Shown here: positions 30,928 through 41,748 of the stretch, piece after piece
Layout of the letters: each line of letters opens with the position of its first letter
How positions within the stretch are numbered: position 1 is the stretch's first letter
The notes under the pieces: generated by a model
What the model was told of the DNA's origin: nothing
Seen by the model: the letters and a program-made list of their open reading frames with translations, nothing else
Databases searched by the model: none
NCBI GenBank assembly: GCA_902626605.1
Contig: CACOFZ010000006.1
Coordinates: 2,809 to 66,808 of the forward strand
Length of the DNA: 64,000 bases
Direction of reading: 5' to 3'
Origin: an uncultured PS1 clade bacterium
GTDB lineage: Bacteria; Pseudomonadota; Alphaproteobacteria; MED-G09
Program-made: the position numbers and the translations under genes

Positions 30928-31619
30928 AAAATTTAATTAAAGAAAAAAGCTTAAAAGCTTTAGAAGAAATTATTAAATATAATTTTCATGACAAAAATTT
31001 ACTTTTACAAAGTCTAACTCATACAAGCGCTTCAAAAGGAAAGATTTCGCCTATGGAGAGGTTTGAGTTTTTAGGTGATAGGGTATTAGGGTTAATTATT
31101 TCAGAGGAATTATTTATTAGATATCCAAATTTAAAAGAAGGTGAGTTATCAAAAAAATATAGTTTTTTAGTTCAAAGAAGTACATGCGCAGTAATCGCTA
31201 AAAAAATAAATTTGGGAGATTTTATAGTATTAGGTAAGTCAGAAAATATAAATAAAAAAATTAAAAAATCAATTTTATCAAATATAATGGAAGCATTAAT
31301 TGGTGCAATTTTTCTAGACTCTGATTACAACACAGCTAAAAAAATAGTAATTAGTCTATGGGATGAAATAATCGTTTCTCTTGAGAAAAGTAAAAATTTG
31401 TTAAACCCCAAAAGCGATCTTCAGGAAAAAATTTTGTCGATGAATAAAAAGTTACCTGTATATAATTTAGTATCTACTGAGGGTGAAGATCATAATCCAA
31501 TATTTACTATATCTGTCTCTATCGATGGTTTTAAGTCTTTAAAGGCAGTTGGAAAATCCAAGCAGGAAGCTGAAAAAAAAGCAGCAGAAAAAATGTTAAA
31601 GATTATTAATAATGAATAA
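30924..31619 (+). CDS. rnc: Ribonuclease III
   Basis: RNase III signature ERFEFLGDRVL plus a C-terminal dsRBD; 231 aa. Confidence 0.85.
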   Translation: MKNLIKEKSLKALEEIIKYNFHDKNLLLQSLTHTSASKGKISPMERFEFLGDRVLGLIISEELFIRYPNLKEGELSKKYSFLVQRSTCAVIAKKINLGDFIVLGKSENINKKIKKSILSNIMEALIGAIFLDSDYNTAKKIVISLWDEIIVSLEKSKNLLNPKSDLQEKILSMNKKLPVYNLVSTEGEDHNPIFTISVSIDGFKSLKAVGKSKQEAEKKAAEKMLKIINNE

Positions 31620-32499
31620 GAAAAATATCACAATTGGTATCATCGGCCCAACTAATTCTGGCAAATCAACTTTATTAAATAATATAATTGGTGAAAAATT
31701 AGCTATAGTTACTCATAAATCTCAAACTACAAGATCAGCATTTAAGGGTATAAAAATTATCGATGATACTCAGATGATTTTCATAGATACGCCAGGTATC
31801 TTTAATGCAAAAACTAAATTTGAAAAAGCGATGCTTGAAAATGCTTATGATATTTTAAATGATGTGGATTTAGTTTTTCTATTGATTGATTGTAAAAAAT
31901 CTCTTGATGATTTCGATGAAAATTTCTTAAAAAATATAAAAGTTTTAGAAGAAAAAACTTTTTTAATACTTAATAAAATTGATTTAATCGAGAGAGGGTT
32001 ACTTTTAGCTAAGGTTAAAAATTTTACTAAATTTTTCAACTTTAAAGAAACTTTTTTAATTTCAGCTAAAAGCGGTGATGGGGTTCAAGATTTGTTAAAT
32101 AAGTCGTCAAAATTGTCAAATAATGAATATTGGTTATATCCCGAGAATCAAACAGCAGATGTACCGATGGCTAGAATTGCATCAGAAATAACAAGAGAAA
32201 AAATCTTTTTATTTTTGCATGAAGAAATTCCTTACTCATCAACTGTAGAAACTGAAGGCTGGATAACTAATAAAAGTAAATCTATTACTATTGATCAAAC
32301 AATATATGTAAGTAAAAAAAACCATGTTGGTATTGTTCTTGGAAAGGGCGGTAAAATGATTAAATCTATAGGAATAGCATCAAGAGAAGATATTGAAAAA
32401 ATTCTTAATAATAAAGTTAATTTAAAGATTAATGTTAAATATAAGAAAGATTGGTCAACTAAAAAGGAACATTATGAAGACATTGGTTTAAATTTTTAA
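31612..32499 (+). CDS. era: GTPase Era
   Basis: G1 GPTNSGKST, G3 DTPG, C-terminal KH domain; 295 aa. Confidence 0.85.
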   Translation: MNKKNITIGIIGPTNSGKSTLLNNIIGEKLAIVTHKSQTTRSAFKGIKIIDDTQMIFIDTPGIFNAKTKFEKAMLENAYDILNDVDLVFLLIDCKKSLDDFDENFLKNIKVLEEKTFLILNKIDLIERGLLLAKVKNFTKFFNFKETFLISAKSGDGVQDLLNKSSKLSNNEYWLYPENQTADVPMARIASEITREKIFLFLHEEIPYSSTVETEGWITNKSKSITIDQTIYVSKKNHVGIVLGKGGKMIKSIGIASREDIEKILNNKVNLKINVKYKKDWSTKKEHYEDIGLNF

Positions 32500-32515
32500 T
32501 TTATGAGATTTAAAA

Positions 32516-33250
32516 ATGAATTTGAATGATGAGGGAATTATTATCAGTTTAAAAAAGTTTTCTGATAGTGCAAGTCTTATGAAGGTTTTAACAAAAAATC
32601 ATGGAATTTATTCAGGATTAATAAGATTAAGTAAAAAAAGTGGTAATATGGGAGTCAATGTTCCAGGTAATATTATAAATATTAATTGGCGAGCTCGACT
32701 TTCTGAGCATCTAGGTTTTTTTAATTCTGAATTAATAAAATCAAGGTCATCTCTATATTTAAATAGTTCAATAAATTTGGAAATTTTAAATTCAATATGT
32801 GCGTTATTAGATATTTTTCCTGAAAGGGAGGAATGTGAAGAAATTTATATATTAGCCAATGAATTATTTAATAATCTTGATGATATTTTTATGTGGCCTA
32901 TTCTTTATATAAAATTTGAACTTTTATTCATTGAGAAGATGGGGTACGGGCTCGATTTAGATTCTTGTGCAGTAAATGGTTCGAATAAAAATTTATCATG
33001 GGTTTCTCCTAAATCAGGTCGAGCTGTGAGTAATGAGGGAGCTATTGGATGGGAGGATAGGCTTCTAAGATTGCCAAATTTTTTTAAGAAAATAGATAAT
33101 ATTGTTAGTAAAGAAGATTTGATTGATGGTTTAAAACTTACAGAGTTTTTTTTAAATAAAAGAGTGTATTCACAACAAGCAAAGAATCTCCCATCATCAA
33201 GAATGAGACTTGTTGAATATGTAAAAAATAATTCATTTACGAATGGTTGA
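32516..33250 (+). CDS. recO: DNA repair protein RecO
   Basis: 244 aa. OB-fold N-terminus, conserved position after era, RecO-like pattern. Confidence 0.7.
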   Translation: MNLNDEGIIISLKKFSDSASLMKVLTKNHGIYSGLIRLSKKSGNMGVNVPGNIININWRARLSEHLGFFNSELIKSRSSLYLNSSINLEILNSICALLDIFPEREECEEIYILANELFNNLDDIFMWPILYIKFELLFIEKMGYGLDLDSCAVNGSNKNLSWVSPKSGRAVSNEGAIGWEDRLLRLPNFFKKIDNIVSKEDLIDGLKLTEFFLNKRVYSQQAKNLPSSRMRLVEYVKNNSFTNG

Positions 33251-35458
33251 ATGATGAAATTAATTGATCAGTATCAAGATATTGAATTAATAGATGCCCT
33301 TGAAGAAAGATATCTTGCATACGCATTAACTACAATTATGGATAGAGCTCTTCCTGACTCTAGGGATGGTTTAAAGCCTGTTCATAGAAGAATTCTTTAC
33401 GGTATGTTTAAATTAAGCCTTAAACCTAATTCCTCTTTTAAAAAATCTGCAAGAGTAGTTGGGGATGTTATGGGACGTTTTCATCCTCATGGTGACCAAG
33501 CAATATATGATACTTTGGTTCGCTTAGCTCAAGATTTTTCCGTACGATGGCCTTTAATTGATGGACAAGGTAACTTTGGAAATATCGATGGCGATAATGC
33601 TGCCGCTATGAGATATACAGAGGCTAGAATTACTAGTATTGCAGAATTATTATTGCAAGGTATTGAGGAGGACGCTGTTGAATTTCGTTCAACTTATGAT
33701 GAAGTAGACACAGAACCAACAGTTTTACCATCTAATTTTCCAAATCTTTTAGCAAACGGATCATCAGGTATTGCGGTAGGAATGGCAACATCAATTCCTC
33801 CTCATAATGTTGAAGATTTATGTAACGCATCACTTCACCTGATTAAGCATAGAAATGCTAGCTATGAGAAATTAATTGAATTTATTCCTGGTCCAGATTT
33901 TCCAACAGGTGGTGAAGTTTTAGAGTTTAAAGACAATATTATTGAAACCTATAAAACTGGAAAGGGTGGATTTAGGGTAAGAGCAAGATGGAAAATTGAG
34001 CAAAAAAAACGAGGTTTATGGGAGATTGTTATAACTGAAATTCCATATCAAGTTAGTAAGGGTAAATTAATTGAGAAAATTGCTCAACTTATAATTGATA
34101 AAAAATTGCCCATGCTTGAAGATATTCGTGATGAATCTTCTGAGGATATAAGACTTGTTTTAATTCCCAAAAATAAAGAAATCAAACCTGAAAATTTAAT
34201 GGATAGTCTTTTTCTTTTATCAGATTTAGAAACAAGGTTTTCTGTTAATTTAAATGCACTAAGTAATAATACCCCAATTGTTCATGGTCTAAGAGACTTA
34301 ATTTTGTCTTGGCTCGATCACAGGAAAGAGGTTCTTGTAAATATTTCAAATTATAGATTAGCTAAAATTGATGAAAGGCTTGAAATTTTGAATGGCTATT
34401 TAATAGCTTACTTGAATATGGACGAGGTAATAAGAATTATTAGAGAAACCGATAATCCTAAAGAGCAACTGATTAAAAAATTTAAATTATCAGACCTTCA
34501 ATCAGAATCAATTTTAAATATGAGATTACGTTTATTGAGGAAGCTTGAGGAAATTAAAATAAAAGAAGAGTTTAATGACCTTTCAAACAAAAAGAAAGAT
34601 ATTGAAAGTCTTCTAAATTCAAATGATAATCAATGGAAGTTTATTTCGGAAGAAATTAGATCTTTAAAAAAATTACTTTCACAAAAAACTAAGATTGGCA
34701 AAAGAAGAACTGATATTATTCTTCTTGAGGAGGAGATTGCATACAAAAATGAATATACTTTACCAAGTGAACCTGTATCTATAGTTCTATCAAAACAAGG
34801 TTGGGTTAGGTGTTTAAAAGGCAAAGTTGATGAATTAAAAGATTTAAAATTTAAAGATGAAGACTCTTTATTTATTTCAATAAACGCCAATTCTAATGAT
34901 AAGATTATTTTTTTCTGCTCTAACGGAAAAGCCTATTCTCTTGATGTCTCTGAGCTACCATCTGGAAGGGGACACGGAACTCCATTAAAAATTCTTTTGG
35001 ATATTGAAGAACAACATTTTGTAATTAGTGCCTTTCCTTTTGAAAATGAAAAAAAGTATATAGTGGCTTCGTCAGAGGGTAACGGTTTTGTCGTTAATAG
35101 TAATGACATGCTCTCAAATCGGAAATCTGGGAAACAAGTTCTTAATATAAAAGATAATCAAAAATCTATTGTTTGTAAAAAAATAATTGGGGATAGTGTA
35201 GTTGCAATTGGCAAAAATAAAAAAATGTTAATATTTTCCTTAAATAATTTACCAGAATTAAGTAGGGGTAAAGGTGTGAGAATTCAAAAATATAAAGATT
35301 CAGTTTTATTATTTTTAGATACCTTTAAATTAGATGAGGGATTAAAAATTGAAGATAGTGCAGGAAGAATAAGAACTTTTGACAATCTTAATGATTGGAT
35401 TGGTAAAAGGGCACAGGCTGGAAGATTGATACCAAAAGGTTTTCCTAAACTAAATTAG
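33251..35458 (+). CDS. parC: DNA topoisomerase IV subunit A
   Basis: GyrA/ParC N-terminal breakage-reunion domain with catalytic Tyr region ([10 protein letters not shown]). At 735 aa with no GyrA-box it fits ParC rather than GyrA. Confidence 0.8.
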   Translation: MMKLIDQYQDIELIDALEERYLAYALTTIMDRALPDSRDGLKPVHRRILYGMFKLSLKPNSSFKKSARVVGDVMGRFHPHGDQAIYDTLVRLAQDFSVRWPLIDGQGNFGNIDGDNAAAMRYTEARITSIAELLLQGIEEDAVEFRSTYDEVDTEPTVLPSNFPNLLANGSSGIAVGMATSIPPHNVEDLCNASLHLIKHRNASYEKLIEFIPGPDFPTGGEVLEFKDNIIETYKTGKGGFRVRARWKIEQKKRGLWEIVITEIPYQVSKGKLIEKIAQLIIDKKLPMLEDIRDESSEDIRLVLIPKNKEIKPENLMDSLFLLSDLETRFSVNLNALSNNTPIVHGLRDLILSWLDHRKEVLVNISNYRLAKIDERLEILNGYLIAYLNMDEVIRIIRETDNPKEQLIKKFKLSDLQSESILNMRLRLLRKLEEIKIKEEFNDLSNKKKDIESLLNSNDNQWKFISEEIRSLKKLLSQKTKIGKRRTDIILLEEEIAYKNEYTLPSEPVSIVLSKQGWVRCLKGKVDELKDLKFKDEDSLFISINANSNDKIIFFCSNGKAYSLDVSELPSGRGHGTPLKILLDIEEQHFVISAFPFENEKKYIVASSEGNGFVVNSNDMLSNRKSGKQVLNIKDNQKSIVCKKIIGDSVVAIGKNKKMLIFSLNNLPELSRGKGVRIQKYKDSVLLFLDTFKLDEGLKIEDSAGRIRTFDNLNDWIGKRAQAGRLIPKGFPKLN

Positions 35459-37008
35459 AGAATTTTACTAGGAAGCCATGTAGCAACTATTGGGAAAATA
35501 GATAGTAAAATTAACATTAATATCTGTATAAAAATAAAAGGAATAACTCCCTTATAAATATCAATAGTTTTAATGCTATTTGGAGCAACACCCCTTAAAT
35601 AAAAAAGAGCAAAACCAAAGGGTGGTGTTAAGAAGCTAGTTTGTAAATTTATCGCCATCATTACACCAAGCCATACAGGATCAATTCCCATTTTAAATAA
35701 TATTGGAGCAACAATCGGAACAACTACAAATGTAATTTCGATAAAATCTAAAAAGAAGCCAAGAATAAACATTGTAACCATTACTGCGATAACAGCGCCA
35801 ATAACTCCCCCTGGTATAGATGTTAAAAGTCTCTCAATTGTCTCATCTCCTCCAAGACCTCTAAACACAAGACTAAAGAAAGTAGCACCGATAAGTATTA
35901 TAAATACCATTGAGGTTATCTTTGTTGTTGAGTAGGCGGTTTCCATTAAAATTTTATTTTTATATAGTTTTGATAAACATTTTATAATTGAGAAGCCAAA
36001 AAGAATTAATATTATTAAAGATCCATAAATAAATAAATTAGTTAAAAACCCAACATTTTCTCTGTTTAGCCTTAAATCAAAAAATATTGAAAAAATTATT
36101 AAAAAAATAAATAGAGCTGCGGCTACTAATGGCCAAAAATTATTATTAGAGGTTTTATATGTTGCTAATAATAAAGCCCCAATAGCTCCCACAGATGCGG
36201 CCTCAGTGGGTGTTGCAAAACCTGATAAAATAGAACCTAAAACCGAAATTATTAAAAAAAGAGGAGGAAAAAGAATGAGCAATATATTTTTTTTATTTTC
36301 AGAATTTTCATTATTTTTAATAACACTTGGTATTGAGGATGGATCAGTAAATGATTTTATAATTTGATAAACTATATATAAAAATACTAGTAAAATCCCT
36401 GGCAAAAGAGCTCCGGCAAACAAATCTCCAACCGATAGTGTTTCAGGCGAAAATACCCCCATATCAAGTTGTGATTTTTGATATGCGTTTGATAATACAT
36501 CACCTAACAAAACTAGTACTATTGATGGGGGAATAATTTGTCCAAGGGTACCTGCTGCAGCAACTGTTCCTGTCGCTATTTTTGGGTCATATCCTTTACT
36601 TAACATAGTTGGAAGAGATAAAAGTCCCATAGTTACAACAGTTGCTCCTACTATTCCTGTTGATGCAGCCAATAAAGCACCAACAATTGATACAGATATA
36701 CCCAAACCACCCCTTATATTTTGAAATACTCTGTCCATATTCTCCAAGAGTTCTTCAGCTACTTTTGATTTTTCTAACATTGTCCCCATAAAAACAAATA
36801 ATGGAACTGCCATAAGAATTTCATTTGTCATAGTTCCAAATATTCTTTGAGGAATAGCTTTTAAAAATTGCATTGGGAAAACACCGAAATAATCACCGAT
36901 AAAAGCAAAAAGTATTGCTGAACCTGCCAATGAGAAGGCTACTGGATAGCCAAGCAAAAGAACAATGCAAGCAAATCCAAACATTAATAAATCTAAATAT
37001 TCAATCAA
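35455..37008 (-). CDS. dctM: TRAP transporter large permease (DctM family), enlarged at 517 aa with a central insertion
   Basis: DctM-family TM pattern throughout. It has extra hydrophobic segments mid-protein compared with typical proteins of about 430 aa. Confidence 0.8.
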   Translation of the reverse strand: MIEYLDLLMFGFACIVLLLGYPVAFSLAGSAILFAFIGDYFGVFPMQFLKAIPQRIFGTMTNEILMAVPLFVFMGTMLEKSKVAEELLENMDRVFQNIRGGLGISVSIVGALLAASTGIVGATVVTMGLLSLPTMLSKGYDPKIATGTVAAAGTLGQIIPPSIVLVLLGDVLSNAYQKSQLDMGVFSPETLSVGDLFAGALLPGILLVFLYIVYQIIKSFTDPSSIPSVIKNNENSENKKNILLILFPPLFLIISVLGSILSGFATPTEAASVGAIGALLLATYKTSNNNFWPLVAAALFIFLIIFSIFFDLRLNRENVGFLTNLFIYGSLIILILFGFSIIKCLSKLYKNKILMETAYSTTKITSMVFIILIGATFFSLVFRGLGGDETIERLLTSIPGGVIGAVIAVMVTMFILGFFLDFIEITFVVVPIVAPILFKMGIDPVWLGVMMAINLQTSFLTPPFGFALFYLRGVAPNSIKTIDIYKGVIPFIFIQILMLILLSIFPIVATWLPSKIL

Positions 37009-37511
37009 TTTTTTGTCTCAATTATAACTTTAATATTTCTGTAAATTATTGATATGGCTTGAATTAACAGCAGTAATGGGAAAATAATCAAAGCTGTTTT
37101 TAATAAAAATACTGCATTTAGGCCACTAGTTTCAGGAGATCCTTCTAAAATTTTCCAAGATCTTTTTACATAAGGAAAACTTGTCGAATAGGTAATAAGA
37201 CAAAATGGTATTAAGAAAAATAAAGAACCTAAAATATTTATGATTGATTTATAATTATTCGAGGATGCCCTATAAATTAAATCAACTCTTACATGCTCAT
37301 CGCTTAAAAGTGTATATCCACCTGCAAGTGTAAAAGATAGACCATGAAGATATATTAGTAATTCTTGTAACTTTAAAAAGCCAACACCAAAAATATATCT
37401 TGCCATAACAATCGTTAATTGAATTATAACCATAAATATTATGAACCATGAAATATATTCCCCAATTACTTTGTTGGATTTTTCAAAAAAATTTACAATA
37501 TTATTAAGCAA
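37005..37511 (-). CDS. dctQ: TRAP transporter small permease (DctQ family)
   Basis: 168 aa, 4 TM, between dctP and dctM with 4-nt overlaps. Confidence 0.75.
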   Translation of the reverse strand: MLNNIVNFFEKSNKVIGEYISWFIIFMVIIQLTIVMARYIFGVGFLKLQELLIYLHGLSFTLAGGYTLLSDEHVRVDLIYRASSNNYKSIINILGSLFFLIPFCLITYSTSFPYVKRSWKILEGSPETSGLNAVFLLKTALIIFPLLLLIQAISIIYRNIKVIIETKN

Positions 37512-37513
37512 AT

Positions 37514-38602
37514 TTAACCTCTGGCCTTCATGTATGCTTGTTCAGACTTAGATGACCATTCTTTGAGTCTATTCATGGAGTCTTTAAAAGATAAAAATAT
37601 TCTTTTTGAAATTTCAGTTCTTGTAGAAACATCCTCTAAAACTTCATCAGATAATTTTTTAAGTGATTGCATTATTTCGGGAGAAAATGTTCTCATTTGA
37701 ACATTATGTTTATTAATAAGAGTTTCTAAAGCTATTGAATTATGATGATTAAATTCAGCTAAAGTGAAATTATTTTCAAAAGCAAGTATTTGTCTAATAA
37801 TTGACTGCTCAGAATTTGAAAAAGAGTTCCAAGTATCAAGATTAATTCCTGTAGCAAGACCAGCACCAGGTTCATGAAAACCAGGCCAATAATAAAATTT
37901 TGCAGCTTGATAAAATGCCAAAGACAAATCATTCCAAGGTCCAACCCATTCTGTTGCGTCAATTGCACCTGATTTTAAACTTGAAAAAATTTCACCACCA
38001 GGAATTGCTACTGCAGCAGCTCCAACTTTCCTTAAAACCTCTCCACCTAAACCAGGCATTCTTATTTTCAATCCATTTAGGTCTTCAAGATTTTTTATTT
38101 CTTTGTTAAACCATCCACCCATCTGAACACCAGTGTTAGCTGATTGAAATGATATAACGTTAAAATCTTTTGTAAGTTCATTCCAAAGTTCTTGTCCTCC
38201 ACCATGATCTATCCAAGCATTTAATTCATTTGCGGTCATTCCAAAGGGAACAGCGGTGAAAAAATTAAAGCCTATATTTTTTCCTTGCCAATAATATTCA
38301 GCGCCATTGTACATATCTGCTAATCCACTCGATGCAGCATCAAATGCTCCAAAGGCCGGTACAAGTTCACCTGCAGCAAAAACTTTTATCTCAATTTTGC
38401 CATCCGTAGCATCTTTTACTCTAAGAGCAATCCTCTCAGGTGAGGTTCCTAAACCAGGAAGGTTTTTAGGCCACGTAGTAACCATATTCAACCTTCTTAT
38501 ATTTTTTGAAATTGCAGGAGTCGATAGAGAAGATCCTAATGCAATTGATGATGCGGCTCCAAGAAGAAAATTTCTTCTTCCAAATTTTTTGTTTTTTCGC
38601 AT
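37514..38602 (-). CDS. dctP: TRAP transporter substrate-binding protein (DctP family) with a twin-arginine signal peptide
   Basis: N-terminus MRKNKKFGRRNFLLGAASSIALGSS (RRxFLxGAA Tat motif). DctP-fold body; 362 aa. Confidence 0.8.
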   Translation of the reverse strand: MRKNKKFGRRNFLLGAASSIALGSSLSTPAISKNIRRLNMVTTWPKNLPGLGTSPERIALRVKDATDGKIEIKVFAAGELVPAFGAFDAASSGLADMYNGAEYYWQGKNIGFNFFTAVPFGMTANELNAWIDHGGGQELWNELTKDFNVISFQSANTGVQMGGWFNKEIKNLEDLNGLKIRMPGLGGEVLRKVGAAAVAIPGGEIFSSLKSGAIDATEWVGPWNDLSLAFYQAAKFYYWPGFHEPGAGLATGINLDTWNSFSNSEQSIIRQILAFENNFTLAEFNHHNSIALETLINKHNVQMRTFSPEIMQSLKKLSDEVLEDVSTRTEISKRIFLSFKDSMNRLKEWSSKSEQAYMKARG

Positions 38603-38630
38603 TTTTTTTCCTAAAATAAAATTTAAAAAA

Positions 38631-39341
38631 CTAGACAGTTATCCATTCATTATTAATTAAAACTTCAGAAGAATTGAAATTATTTTTATAATCCATTTTA
38701 TTAGAACCTTCTACCCAATAACCTAAATAAACATAATTCTTACTTATTTCTTTTGCTAATCTAAAATGGTCTATAATTAAATACTTACCAAATGAATTTT
38801 TAAGAAAAGTGTCAGCATAAAATGAATAAACCATTGATAAAGTATCTTCTAAGAAATCTGATATAACACAACCAACTAATTCACCTTGATAAAAATATTC
38901 ATAAATTTTTGTTTCAATACCAGGTGGGTTAAACATTTTACAATAATCATCAAAATTCATTTCATTCATCTCACTATCACAATGTTTAAAATTCAGATAT
39001 TTTTTAAAAAGCAAAAACTGTTCTTTAGTTGGGCTATCAGATAGTTTTTTTATGAAAAGATCTCTATTTTTATTTAAAATTCTTTTATTACTTTTTGATA
39101 ATTTAAATTCTTTTACATTTATCCTTATCGACTTGCATAAATTACAATTTGTACACACTTGATTATATAAAATATTATGACTTCTTCTAAAACCATTTTT
39201 GATAAGAAACTCATATTCGTCTGACTTATTAATATCATTCATTATTAAAAATATTTTTTTTTCTTCTCTATTTGCCAGATAAGGACATGGCTCAGAGCTT
39301 GATAGATAAAAGTCATGATTATTTTTATTTATTTTGTTCAT
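38631..39341 (-). CDS. bpt: Aspartate/glutamate leucyltransferase Bpt (arginyl-tRNA-protein transferase family)
   Basis: ATE_N-type EPCPYLANREEK and GFRRSHNILYNQVCTNCNLCKSIRI motifs; 236 aa. Confidence 0.75.
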   Translation of the reverse strand: MNKINKNNHDFYLSSSEPCPYLANREEKKIFLIMNDINKSDEYEFLIKNGFRRSHNILYNQVCTNCNLCKSIRINVKEFKLSKSNKRILNKNRDLFIKKLSDSPTKEQFLLFKKYLNFKHCDSEMNEMNFDDYCKMFNPPGIETKIYEYFYQGELVGCVISDFLEDTLSMVYSFYADTFLKNSFGKYLIIDHFRLAKEISKNYVYLGYWVEGSNKMDYKNNFNSSEVLINNEWITV

Positions 39342-39350
39342 TTTAAGTCT

Positions 39351-41171
39351 TTAAAAACCCATATATGTAATCATTAAAGTATAAGTAAGCCAAAGAATTA
39401 TTACTAGTGGAATTCCTGAAATTAAGAAATCTTTAAATTTATAATTTCCCGGTCCCATAACCATTAAATTTGTCTGATAGCCCATAGGTGTTGCGAATGA
39501 ACAATTTGCGGCAAAAATTATACAATAAATAAATGGTTCTGGCTCCATTTTTAAATCTACAGCTAAGCCTATTGCTATAGGTGTAAATAAAACTGCAGTT
39601 GCATTGTTGCTAATAAAGTTAGTTATAATTGCTACAAAAATAAAAAGTATTGATAAAACAGCAGTGATTGATAAATCAAATGTTAAATTGTATATACTAT
39701 CTGCTATAAATTTGGCACCACCTGTCTCTTGAAGAGCAATTGAGAGCATGATTGTAGACGCGACTAATAAATAAATTCTTGGATCAAGAGACATAACTGC
39801 ATCCTTTACATTTAAAACTCTAAAAATTAGCATTAGTGCAGCCCCCATGACAGCTGCCGCGGTTATATTAAATAAACCTGAAGATGCAAGAAAAATTGTT
39901 GCTATAAATATTAATCTTGCTCTTAAGGCGAACAATTTTGACGGGAGATATATTGTTGACCACTCAATTGGGAAAATATTTTTAATGCCTCTAAGCGATC
40001 TAATTGATTTTTCAGATCCTTTTAAAAGAATAATATTTCCGGGATTAAGCTTTAACGATTCTAAAGTTTCTATATTTGTGCTTACTCCCCTTTGAATTCC
40101 TACAACTTTACAATTCACCTCACTTTCAAAATTAGTTTGATTTAAACTTCTTCCAATTAAAAATGAACCAGGGGTAATTGCAGCCTCAATTATAATCTCT
40201 GGCTTAGTTGTTTCAGATAGAGTGCTTATACTGTCAAAAATTGGGTCATTCCTTTTTAGGGCGTCTGTTAAATTACCTTTTGTAATTGATAATGTAATTT
40301 TATCATTAAACTCTATTTCTATATCATCGTAAGGAGGTAATAATTTTTTATTATTTCTTGTAATAAGGCTAATTGAACAGTTTTCCATTTCAGGTAATAA
40401 TCCAGAGATAAATTTTTTACCAATTAGTGGATTGCCTCCTTCGATTAAAATTTCAACAATATATTGCTTACCATCGTTTTTAAAATCATCGTTATTTTCA
40501 TTATCTCTCTTATTAAATATTTTAAGAATAATTGGTAATAAAAAGGTAGCATAAATAAAGCCTACAAGAGCAAGAATCATTCCTTGCTTAGTAAAATCAA
40601 AAAAACCAATTTCTTTTCCTATTGTAGAATAGACTGAGCCAGAAACGAGTAGATTTGTTGAAGAGCCTATCAACGTAGTCATCCCTCCTAAAATACAAAC
40701 ATATGAAAGTGGAATAAGAATATATTTTGAAGGTTGATCTAACTGTTTGCATAATGACAAAATTATTGGAATAAACATTACAATAATTGGAGTATTATTT
40801 AATAATGCGCTTAAAATAAAAACCAAAAACATTACTGACAAAAATTTAATCTGAGTGTTTTGAGATTTATCCCCTGATATCCAAACAGCAATATCTTCAA
40901 GGGCTCCAGTAACAAGCAATCCATGACCTATAATAAGTAAGCACATAAGAGCAATTAATGAAGGATTTGCAAATCCCCTCAATATAACTTCTAAAGATAG
41001 AGGCGTACCCGAAACAGCCCCTAAAATTGGACTATTTTGGAACACAATTATCAAAATACTGATTATAGCCAATGATGTTATTTCAATTGGTATTCTATCT
41101 ATAGAGAATAAAATTACGCTTATGAAAATTAAACCAAAAATAAACCACATATATAAATCAATAGAAAGCAT
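39351..41171 (-). CDS. DASS/SLC13-family anion permease with two central TrkA-C (RCK_C) domains
   Basis: 606 aa. N- and C-terminal multi-TM permease halves flank about 200 aa of soluble TrkA-C-like sequence. Confidence 0.7.
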   Translation of the reverse strand: MLSIDLYMWFIFGLIFISVILFSIDRIPIEITSLAIISILIIVFQNSPILGAVSGTPLSLEVILRGFANPSLIALMCLLIIGHGLLVTGALEDIAVWISGDKSQNTQIKFLSVMFLVFILSALLNNTPIIVMFIPIILSLCKQLDQPSKYILIPLSYVCILGGMTTLIGSSTNLLVSGSVYSTIGKEIGFFDFTKQGMILALVGFIYATFLLPIILKIFNKRDNENNDDFKNDGKQYIVEILIEGGNPLIGKKFISGLLPEMENCSISLITRNNKKLLPPYDDIEIEFNDKITLSITKGNLTDALKRNDPIFDSISTLSETTKPEIIIEAAITPGSFLIGRSLNQTNFESEVNCKVVGIQRGVSTNIETLESLKLNPGNIILLKGSEKSIRSLRGIKNIFPIEWSTIYLPSKLFALRARLIFIATIFLASSGLFNITAAAVMGAALMLIFRVLNVKDAVMSLDPRIYLLVASTIMLSIALQETGGAKFIADSIYNLTFDLSITAVLSILFIFVAIITNFISNNATAVLFTPIAIGLAVDLKMEPEPFIYCIIFAANCSFATPMGYQTNLMVMGPGNYKFKDFLISGIPLVIILWLTYTLMITYMGF

Positions 41172-41179
41172 ATTTAATT

Positions 41180-41617
41180 TTAGCTCAATAAGTTAAATTT
41201 TGTTTTAAAAATATAGTCATGAATACATTTTCTTTCATCATTTACTAGAGGAATTATTAGAGAAATTAAAAGAACTAAAGCAATAGGGGTTACTATAAAA
41301 AAAAGAATATTATAAATTAATAATTCTTTAGTGCTAAGTCTTTTATTTTTATCATTAACTAAGCCTATCTTAAAAATTTTCATTCCAAATGTTGAGCCTT
41401 TTTCATTTCCAATTGAAAAAGAGTAATAACTAACAATAATAACTGGAATAATGAATAAAATTGCTTCATTAAATAAGTTTAATGTAAAAAAATTAATAAT
41501 TTTAAAAATAATTAATGTAATTAGTATTAATGATAAACATATCAATAGATCTAAAATGCATGCTTTTATTCTATTAATTAGTATTTGGTCATAATATGTT
41601 AATTTATAATTTTTCAT
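41180..41617 (-). CDS. RDD-family membrane protein
   Basis: R..A..D N-terminal motif (RIKACILDLLI), GSTFGMKIFKIGLVND, C-terminal HD (CIHDYIFKT); 145 aa. Confidence 0.55.
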   Translation of the reverse strand: MKNYKLTYYDQILINRIKACILDLLICLSLILITLIIFKIINFFTLNLFNEAILFIIPVIIVSYYSFSIGNEKGSTFGMKIFKIGLVNDKNKRLSTKELLIYNILFFIVTPIALVLLISLIIPLVNDERKCIHDYIFKTKFNLLS

Positions 41618-41748
41618 TAATTTTTTAATATAATTGTTGTTAATACTTTATCAGAAATATAAAAGAATCTGTATATATTAAATTTTATTATATTAACAAA
41701 ATTATATATTTTTGTTGTTTATGTTTTTACTTTAAAGTATTGATTATA

